Positions 7,810 through 14,832 of a stretch of DNA of 14,832 nt are shown here, one piece after another. This DNA comes from a candidate division FCPU426 bacterium (lineage in GTDB: Bacteria; Oederibacteriota; JAAXVQ01; JAUVAV01). Position numbers and translations under genes: made by a program. The stretch is taken from positions 1 through 14,832 of the forward strand of contig DAOWGI010000054.1 in NCBI GenBank assembly GCA_030637655.1, in the 5' to 3' direction. Each line of letters starts with the position of its first letter. Within the stretch, counting starts at the first letter, position 1. Below the pieces are notes generated by a model. It did not search any database and had not been told where the DNA came from. It saw only the letters and a program-made list of their open reading frames with translations.

Positions 7810-8304
7810 TTATTGCAGCTGCACTTCCACCACACCGGATTTGGTTTTACGGGCAGGTACTTTATGGGCCAACAAGCCGGGCGGATAGGTGATACGATTT
7901 CCAATATCCATAATGGAAATCTTATACTCCTTATCACTATGTCCTTCCAACACAACATGATACAAAACCTCACCCGTCAATTCGTGCGTGACTTTATAAT
8001 ATAATTGTATCTCATTTTTGTCCGGCACTGCTTGATAGGAATCAAAAATAGCCCGGGTAATGGGCCCGCGTTCCTCGATCATGGCCTTAAAACCTTTTTG
8101 AAACATAGCCAGGGACATACCGGACTGCTGCTTGATGGTCGGCGACATAAAACGTTCGTAGGCAGCAGCATAATCCCCACGTACCAGTGATTTAAGAAAC
8201 AAGTTGGTCACACCAATCGCATGATCCTCAGCTTGCGGATATATTTTCACCCCGCATCCGGACAAGATCAAACCAGCCAGTATTAGCAGCATTATTTTTC
8301 GCAT
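7810..8304 (-). CDS. Hypothetical lipoprotein (possibly an NTF2-like/DUF3887-type small domain)
   Basis: 164 aa. Lipobox LSG-C after MRKIMLLILAGLI. The pattern FLKSLVRGDYAAAYERFMS is typical of small periplasmic alpha/beta domains. SD AAGGAG. Confidence 0.8.
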   Translation of the reverse strand: MRKIMLLILAGLILSGCGVKIYPQAEDHAIGVTNLFLKSLVRGDYAAAYERFMSPTIKQQSGMSLAMFQKGFKAMIEERGPITRAIFDSYQAVPDKNEIQLYYKVTHELTGEVLYHVVLEGHSDKEYKISIMDIGNRITYPPGLLAHKVPARKTKSGVVEVQLQ

Positions 8305-8379
8305 AACTATCTCCTTTAAAAAACGTGTTTAGCACTTTTACAGAATTGTACCTGGCTGTTCTGAATCTGTCCATAAAAC

Positions 8380-9387
8380 TCAGAGAAACTTCCGCAGTCG
8401 GGAATCCAACTCCTGGTAAGAAAACAAGTGTTGATAATCCACCAAATTGGCCAAGGCACGCGAGGTGACCCTGATTCCGTGCTCTTCCAGAATCGCAATG
8501 GGATTTAAACCACCGATAACAATTGCACCTACTCGTCCCTCACTCACCGGAATATCCAGGAGAGGTTGCCCGGGCCAGCCAATGCTCATGAACCCGCCCA
8601 GCCCTACTTTTTCCAATTGCCGGGCAATTTCCATAACCTGATTACGACTGTCTGCCGGGATTTCACGGAAACCCGCGCCAATACGGCCATTGCCGTTACT
8701 GGTAGCGCCAATATAATCTGTCATACCGGTGCGAATAAAAATTTCCAAAGGATCAATAGTGGTTCCCTTGTAACTGATCAGTTCCACAAAGCGACGAGCC
8801 TGTTTCTCTTGAATTTCCAGTAATCCGCCATAACGCGAATTGGTCGGAATACCGTATGCCAGTAATACACCATTCAATGTCACAGAGCACACAGTCCCTA
8901 CTCCCACGCATCCTTTTGGCACTACCTGTTCTCCTACCCGTTCGCCGGGATGAAAAAGCGCAAGTAGCTGTCCCATGGCATATCCGGCGGAAAACACTTT
9001 CTTGATCAAGGGCGCACTGCGGCGAAGCTTGTCCAACGGCAGCAGGCTGATGTTAATAATGACAGTACCGGTCTTTTTGGTAATATCAAAGGTCATGTTG
9101 TAAGTAAGTTGATCAATCTTGGCTGCCATGAAGCCAACCTTTTCATACGCTTTCATGGCTGAGAGTTCTTTGCTGCCGCGCTGGGAGATCTTGCGTCCGC
9201 GCTTACCGAAATTTTCAGTAAGTCCTTCCTTGTCCAACTCAACAAGATACAGCCGGACCGTTCGTCCGCTGACATCATAGCCTTGGGCTTGCAACCGGCT
9301 GGTAATTTTGGAGCTGCTTAGACACTCATCCTTTTCTTGCAGAATACGCAGAATGGCCAAACGCTTCTTTTCAGTCTTCTCTCTCAT
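8380..9387 (-). CDS. nrpR: NrpR-family nitrogen repressor (wHTH + one NRD/DUF128 regulatory domain)
   Basis: 335 aa from ATG 9387. wHTH: ILRILQE...LSSSKI...GYDVSGRTVRLYL...GLTENFGKRGRKISQRG. DUF128 motifs: GTVIINIS, GTVCSVTLNGVLL..GIP..SRYGGLLE, RFVELISYKGTTIDPLEIF and GGLNPIAILEEHGI. Confidence 0.9.
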   Translation of the reverse strand: MREKTEKKRLAILRILQEKDECLSSSKITSRLQAQGYDVSGRTVRLYLVELDKEGLTENFGKRGRKISQRGSKELSAMKAYEKVGFMAAKIDQLTYNMTFDITKKTGTVIINISLLPLDKLRRSAPLIKKVFSAGYAMGQLLALFHPGERVGEQVVPKGCVGVGTVCSVTLNGVLLAYGIPTNSRYGGLLEIQEKQARRFVELISYKGTTIDPLEIFIRTGMTDYIGATSNGNGRIGAGFREIPADSRNQVMEIARQLEKVGLGGFMSIGWPGQPLLDIPVSEGRVGAIVIGGLNPIAILEEHGIRVTSRALANLVDYQHLFSYQELDSRLRKFL

Positions 9388-9394
9388 GGCCAAA

Positions 9395-9423
9395 ATAATA
9401 TTGGTATAATTAACAATTGTCAA
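9395..9423 (-). promoter_or_regulatory. sigma70-type promoter of nrpR (TTGACA-N17-TATTAT), predicted leaderless
   Basis: Minus strand: TTGACA (9423-9418), 17-nt spacer, TATTAT (9400-9395), 7 nt, then ATG 9387. No SD precedes the ATG. Confidence 0.7.
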
Positions 9424-9463
9424 ATCTTTCCTATAGCACTTCAGCTATTAACGCATATAGCAG

Positions 9464-9525
9464 GGGACGTTGGTTAGTTGTCTAGTTGATATTTAGTTGA
9501 CAAATGGACAACAAAGCAACGTCCC
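9464..9525. repeat. Miniature inverted-repeat element with 19-bp arms
   Basis: GGGACGTTGGTTAGTTGTC (9464-9482) matches the reverse complement of GACAACAAAGCAACGTCCC (9507-9525) at 17/19 positions. TAGTTG occurs three times within the element. Confidence 0.75.
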
Positions 9526-9527
9526 TG

Positions 9528-9555
9528 GCAGAGACGTAGCATGCTACGTCTCTAC
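9528..9555. repeat. GTAG-type REP-like palindrome (left tag reads GCAG)
   Basis: GCAGAGACGTAGCATGCTACGTCTCTAC; the central 24 bp (9530-9553) form a perfect palindrome. Confidence 0.85.
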
Positions 9556-9583
9556 CAGTTTAACATTGTCTGTTTTTAATACC

Positions 9584-9612
9584 GTAGAGACGCCCAAATT
9601 GGGCGTCTCTAC
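9584..9612. repeat. GTAG-type REP-like palindrome
   Basis: GTAGAGACGCCCAA-A-TTGGGCGTCTCTAC with perfect 14-bp arms. Confidence 0.88.
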
Positions 9613-9654
9613 AATTTAAAATCATAATAGACCCATAATTTAAAATAATCTTTC

Positions 9655-10575
9655 TCAATGACCGGTCTTCCATTCATCCGCATATTGCTTTTTCGGAAAC
9701 GCCTGCTGATTCACCAGGTTCTTTTTCCCGACATACCGTTGTTCTCTGCCTTGACTCTGCCGCCACCACTTCGCCGCCTGGGCCGCATACTTTTCTATCC
9801 GGATTTTGACCGGCGGATGAGAGCTAAGATAATCCCGGATAATGTCCGCTTCTTCCGGCGTGTTTGGTCCGGCAGCAAACGTATTTTGGAAATCCAGGAG
9901 CCGTTGAAACGCCGAACTGAGACAGGCCGGATCATAGGGCAAATTCTCCATCACTTGAAAAGCATAATTATCAGCTTCATTTTCCTGAGTTTTGGAAAAC
10001 GAATGCCTAAGCAGCAAGACAGTGGCAATATCCACCAACTGACCCAATTCGGCATTCCCGGTTTTTTTTGCCAGCAATTCATACTTTACCGCATTGAGGC
10101 AGTGCGAGCGTTCAACATGGCCCATCTCGTGCGCCAAAATAGCCAGCAATTCGCCTTCGCTCTCCAGGATATCCAAAAGACCCTGGGTTACCACAATAAT
10201 TCCACCAGGCATGGCAAAGGCATTGGGCCGGGCGCTGTTCATCACAACGGCCTGATAGGTAAATTCTTTTTTCTGGAACTGTTTCAAATTTTCAAGCACT
10301 TCATTGACATAAATATGGGTTGCGTCCTTTGGATTGGCGCGATATTGAAACCGTTGCGCAATCGCTTCCCCGTATTTTTTTTCATCCAGCTCATCAATTG
10401 GAATCATTTTACGCACTGAATCATCAATCGTTTTGGGCACATTCCCGATGAGCTGATAAAAGGGCGCCAAGGTGGATTCCAAAGGTGTTTGCGGTTTTTC
10501 CTTTACCAGACCGATAATCACCGCAGTACAGCCGGCTAGTATGAAAAACAATAAAAAAGGCCTGATTTTATTCAT
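9655..10575 (-). CDS. M48 family zinc metalloprotease (BepA/YfgC/Oma1-like catalytic domain), N-terminally anchored
   Basis: 306 aa. PNAFAMPGGIIVVTQGLL, ELLAILAHEMGHV (HEXXH), FSKTQENEAD (third ligand Glu) and LSSHPP. The start overlaps the upstream gene end by 8 nt, with SD AAGGAG. Confidence 0.93.
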   Translation of the reverse strand: MNKIRPFLLFFILAGCTAVIIGLVKEKPQTPLESTLAPFYQLIGNVPKTIDDSVRKMIPIDELDEKKYGEAIAQRFQYRANPKDATHIYVNEVLENLKQFQKKEFTYQAVVMNSARPNAFAMPGGIIVVTQGLLDILESEGELLAILAHEMGHVERSHCLNAVKYELLAKKTGNAELGQLVDIATVLLLRHSFSKTQENEADNYAFQVMENLPYDPACLSSAFQRLLDFQNTFAAGPNTPEEADIIRDYLSSHPPVKIRIEKYAAQAAKWWRQSQGREQRYVGKKNLVNQQAFPKKQYADEWKTGH

Positions 10576-13500
10576 ACTGTGCTCCTTTTTCGAACCGGTC
10601 TTTATACTTTATATAGATTGTATTCATAACGATCATGATGATTCCTACGCCCAGGAAAACTATGGCTCTAATCAAGGTCTGAGCCTTGGCCAGATCATAA
10701 ACCACCAACCGGATGAGGCATGCCACCAAGCCCAACATGGAAAGGTAACGAAAATGATTTTCCCGCATAATCACACTCAAAACAAATATTGCAAAACACT
10801 CTATCACCCATAATAAAGTCAGGGTGGCTTTGTCAAACGACCAATATAAAAACAATGCCACACAGAGAAACAAAGGATAATAAACCCATAAATTCCGTTG
10901 GCTATCCACTTTTTCCGACCAGGACTGAAACAGGCCTGTGCCCACAGGATAATTGGCTTGGCTTAAGGTGTTTTTATTGTGCGTCACTGCAATATATACA
11001 AATTGCAGCACAATGGCGATCGCCCCTCCCAACCACGCTTGATCATACCAACTTGTAGACGGGGTAACATAGGCACTGGCCACAAAAGCCACATTCAGGG
11101 CTGCTGTCCAGTTAAACAGCAAGGCATAAAAACCCAGACGCGCGTATTCTCCTTGCCGTAATTTTCTTATTGGCAATATAACCAACGCCATGATCACCCA
11201 GGCCACCGGGCGCCATACGGGCTCTACTTCCACCGCAATGGTCAAAACCGCGAACAACAGGATCAATTCCAAAAAGAGCGGATGCAACCGTAACCAGCTT
11301 CGGTACACCGGCTCTTGTCGTGGGGGAGACTGGAGCCACCAATAGATCAATACGCCCAATCCCAACAATTCAATCACCAACCGAATTGTCAGGCCCAGGG
11401 CCAATACAGCCTCGGATTGCAGATGCACCATCACATGCCTGACCAGAAAAGCGGCAATCAGTATATATCCCACCTGCAACAAATACCGGTCCGCTTCCCC
11501 TTTTTGCACAATAGCCTGACCATGTCTTTTGCGCACAAAGTTGGCCAGTTCCAACACGATCACCGAAAGGCCCAGCCAGACAACACCCGTGATAAAAGGA
11601 GATATGAACTTGGTAAGCAAATAAGTCGCGATCATAATATGGGCAAAGAAAAGGTATATCCCCGGCCATTTCACATGTTTTTCACGCCCCGCAAGGTAAG
11701 ACCATTGCGCCTGGATAAAAGACAGGCCTAAAAACGGCAGCGCATAAATAAGCTGAGAGGTTAAGGTCAGGGAGGGATTCTGCCACAAATAATACCAAGC
11801 CAAACCGTGCGCTAAAAAGAGCAAAACGTACAATCCTTCGCCCAAGCCGCTCACTTGATATTTCCACCGCACATACATAAACGGCACAGCCAAGGCAAGC
11901 AAGGTGTATCCGGACCAAGGTTGTTGATAAATGCAGTAATACCCCACGGTCAAAAGCAGACCCACAAAAAACAACAGCTTGTCCGGCTTGAACTTCCGGA
12001 AAACAATTTCCGGATACTTTCTCCGTACAAAAAAACAATATCCCACTATGGCCAGAGAACATATGGCCATAGTGCCTGCCTTTTGTATATTCGCTTCCAC
12101 AGCTTTAAAATCCAAATTGATCAAGCCAACCGCCATCAAGCCCAGAACGAATATATTGGCCATCACCAGTCCGGCATGATGAAAAGATATTTCTTTTTCC
12201 GGATTTATAAAGACCAGGTACAACAAGGCTTCAATGAATATCGCGCCGGCCACATACGGCAAAGGCCACAAGGGTTCAAACAGCAGATAGGTCATAAATA
12301 TCAGATGTGCAAAAAAGAAACTTTTGCCCACATAACGTATCTGTTTTTTTAAATCCGCGACCTCGCTTAACCATACGCCGGCCAAAGAAAGCACAAACAT
12401 GGGCACGCTGTACATAAACTTGGCCAGGGGCGTCAGTGCTTCGCTGTGCCAGAGATGCACCCAGCCAAAAATATGAAATCCGAACAAAAACAGAATTAAG
12501 CCCAATCCCATACCATTGGATTGCAGCCATTGGCGGATAAAAAGAAACACCAGCGCCAAACCGGCAACCCCATAAGCAGACCAGGCATAAGTATAAATAT
12601 TGCTGTAAATCACAACTAACATGACACTCAACAGACATTCAAGTAAGGAATAATTATATTGGGCGGGCGAAGTGGCAGTTGCCAGCAAAGTTTTTATAAC
12701 ACTGTCGCAATTTTCCCGGTATTTTGTTCGCAGGTAGATAAAATATCCCAGTCTTACAACTGAACACATGAGTAAGGTCTTCGCGACTTCCAGGGAATAC
12801 ACTGCTTTGACGAGTCCATAGGTAATCAAAAATATCCCCATGATATTGGCCAAACCGCTGCCTATGCGAGACAAAACTTTTTCATTTTCCCACTTTGCCA
12901 CCAAACTAAACAGGAGTATTTCAACAAACATAAAACCCGCAATAGTGTAGTAGCCGACGTTCAATTCCGCCAATAGCCACAGGGCTGTCAAAGCTGCAAA
13001 TTGGGCTACCAACGCATCAGTTAAATACAGCCAGCGAATGCCCAGAAGCTTTGCCCGTCGCGACAACAAATATCCGGCAATTGCCCCGGTACCCAATAGA
13101 ATGGCCGGCCAGGGGATTATTTCCGAATGGAGTACTACACCCACTGTGAAGAAAAACCAATTCGCCAGATGCACAAATAATGGCAATGCCGCTAATTTCG
13201 CACTTTGATAGACTTTTCGATAATGCACGAGCAAGGCAGCGATACTAACGCCAACCACACCGGCCAGCGCGGCCAGGTGATTGGTATAACTCAGCTCACC
13301 TGAAACCAGGCTGAATTTCCAATAAATATGATAAATAAAGAACAATGATATAGTTAACAGCAGATGATTATCCCATTTTTCGCGATAGGTTAAGGCCAGA
13401 CTGAAAAGCGTGACCACGGCGGCCACAATAAAAATAATCGTGGTCTGCGGCGCGATGGCCAAAGCCAGTAAGCTTAACAGGACGTGTAAAGAGGCAAATA

Positions 13501-14317
13501 CTTGTTTGCCACCGATATAACCCAAAAACAGATTCACCGCAATACCGAGCAGCAGCAATAATAAGCCATGCAGAGGATCATATATCCACTGCAAACCGGG
13601 AATACCGCCTGATCCTAAACAGCCAAAAAGAAAAACCGCGCCCGCAATGCTTCTTAACCACAAAGCCAATTGCATCCAATCCGGTTTCCTGCGCAGGAGG
13701 TAAAACGCAACCACCAAAGCCAAACTGAAAATATCAATAATAATAAAACGGTAAAACGGGGCGCATTTCAACGACGTATAGATTCCCAAAAAACCGATAC
13801 CCACCACGGTCAACATGGCTCCAATAATACCGGTCCAATTCTGCATGAATTTTTCCGCCATAGTATTTACCAATTGGGTAATTTGACTTGATTCTTTTTT
13901 AACTGGTTTGGGTTTTGGAATTTTAGGTTTGGGTGGAATGGCTTTAGACTCTGCTTGTAACGTTTTTACCTTGGGCTGCGCCAACACAATAGGTTTGGGT
14001 TTGGCAACTTCTTCCCCTAAATCTTCGGGCGCAACCGGAGTCGTCTTTTGAACCACCGGCGTTTTTCTGCTGGCCACGGTTTTCAGGGGCAATGTCTCTT
14101 TAACCGGCGGAGGCTGCTTGAGTTCAAAAGGCTGCGCAACCGCTTCCGGTTACGGCCGGATTATTTTCCCGGCCAATTTGGCTTCTATCGTCTTCAGTCT
14201 TTCATCTTGCTCAAGTATCTTTCTGCGCACTTCGCCTATAGTACTGCCCTGAGCAAATAAAAACACAACGATTATCAGACATATAAGTACTGCCAGCACT
14301 CCGATCATAGCTTCCAT
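10568..14317 (-). pseudogene. Large DUF2339-like polytopic membrane protein (~1249 aa) interrupted by one in-frame TAA at codon 56; the 10568..14092 part is open (1174 aa)
   Basis: ATG 14317 (SD GGGGAG) is in frame with the long ORF. It encodes MEAMIGVLAVLICLIIVVFLFAQ (TM) and GEVRRKILEQDERLKTIEAKLAGK (coiled-coil-like) before TAA 14152-14150. The frame then continues with a Pro/Lys-rich linker, NWTGIIGAMLTVVGIGFLGIY, many TM helices and the C-terminal RLVVYDL...RAIVFLGVGIIMIVMNTIY typical of DUF2339. It could be an intact gene with a base-call error. Confidence 0.7.
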
Positions 14318-14490
14318 GATATGCTCCCCGCGACTAAGTTTAAGTGATAATGCTTCTAATTCATTGTTTTATGCTTTATGCTTTTGGCGTATTATACAAA
14401 AAATATTGGATAAGGATATAGAAGTTCAAAAAATCAAATACCGCCTAAAAACATTGCCGTCCAAATAAATAGAAAATATAAAAAATCAAT

Positions 14491-14553
14491 TTAACCTTTG
14501 GTCCTTCCGGAACGAGTGTGGGTAACCCCAAGATGTTGTGGTCCAGAGGTTAA
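14491..14553. repeat. Inverted-repeat-bounded structured element of unknown type
   Basis: Arms TTAACCTTTGGTCC (14491-14504) and GGTCCAGAGGTTAA (14540-14553), enclosing the small palindromes TTCCGGAA and GGGTAACCC. Confidence 0.5.
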
Positions 14554-14609
14554 CCTGCTTCATGCCAGCGTATTGACTCAAATTAAATGTTACCGAATGT
14601 TTCTTTTTT

Positions 14610-14640
14610 TGTCATCCCCGAATGATCTTATCGGGGATAT
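14610..14640. repeat. GTCA/CGTC-tagged REP-like palindrome directly downstream of the GIY-YIG gene
   Basis: TGTC-ATCCCCGA-ATGATCTTA-TCGGGGAT-AT with an 8-bp perfect stem (14614-14621 / 14631-14638), 6 nt from the GIY-YIG stop. Confidence 0.8.
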
Positions 14641-14644
14641 GGTT

Positions 14645-14832
14645 TCACATCATCAAATCACAATATAAATCCCGCCATTCAGGATTATTGTTTTCAATTA
14701 ACGTAGTTTTCCATGCTCGGTTCCATTTCTTGAGCTGTTTTTCCCTTGCTATAGCACTGTTTATATCTGCTGTAATCTCAAAATGGACAAGGTTGTGGAT
14801 GTGGTATTTGTTTGTAAAACCATCTGATATAT
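14645..14832 (-). CDS. Small stand-alone GIY-YIG nuclease (UPF0213/YhbQ-like), C-terminal 61 aa; start lies beyond the right edge and it is absent from the ORF track
   Basis: Manual translation ISDGFTNKYHIHNLVHFEITADINSAIAREKQLKKWNRAWKTTLIENNNPEWRDLYCDLMM* matches the family pattern GFT.KY...LV.FE......AI.REKQLK.W.R.WK..LIE..NP.W.DL. Confidence 0.9.
   Translation of the reverse strand, partial: ISDGFTNKYHIHNLVHFEITADINSAIAREKQLKKWNRAWKTTLIENNNPEWRDLYCDLMM

Noticed and set aside
7711-8004. Short ORFs 7711..8004 (+) and 7749..7973 (-)
   Set aside because: They overlap the lipoprotein gene; the HKETQRTQR tail is simply the translated 9-bp repeat.
9658-10419. 253-aa plus-strand ORF
   Set aside because: It lies wholly antisense to the well-supported M48 gene and has no recognisable motifs; a shadow ORF.
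14391-14396. TATAAT -10 box upstream of the DUF2339-like gene (minus strand)
   Set aside because: No matching -35 at 17 nt and no correctly spaced extended -10; too weak to call in AT-rich DNA.
14489-14555. Integron attC site
   Set aside because: One end fits GTTRRRY but the other misses RYYYAAC, no L boxes are recognisable, and there is no integrase or cassette array in view.
14486-14563. 25-aa minus-strand ORF MKQVNLWTTTSWGYPHSFRKDQRLN
   Set aside because: No SD, and it coincides with the inverted-repeat element; probably incidental.

Overview
Bacterial chromosomal window with every supported gene on the minus strand; the secretin and lipoprotein suggest a diderm host. In transcription order (right to left): (1) the 3' end of a small stand-alone GIY-YIG nuclease gene with a GTCA-tagged palindrome just downstream; (2) a very large DUF2339-like polytopic membrane protein, whose likely N-terminus (ATG 14317) is cut off by one in-frame TAA, overlapping an M48 metalloprotease gene; (3) an nrpR-type nitrogen repressor with a consensus-like sigma70 promoter placed for leaderless translation, then a small lipoprotein; (4) a compact Tad/Flp (type IVc) pilus motor operon, cpaB - rcpA/cpaC - a CpaE/TadZ-CpaF/TadA fusion - tadB - tadC, which continues through overlapping stop/start codons into an ECF sigma factor and a membrane anti-sigma factor that runs off the left edge. 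No pilin, prepilin peptidase or pseudopilin gene is in the window. Most of the longer intergenic gaps hold short palindromic or tandem repeats: four GTAG...CTAC REP-like hairpins (two with a second hairpin nested in the loop), a 10-bp x7 tandem array, a 19-bp TIR element and others. The best candidate for an undescribed system is the Tad operon with a fused ATPase and a coupled ECF/anti-sigma pair. All family calls come from motif recognition by eye; no database search was run.
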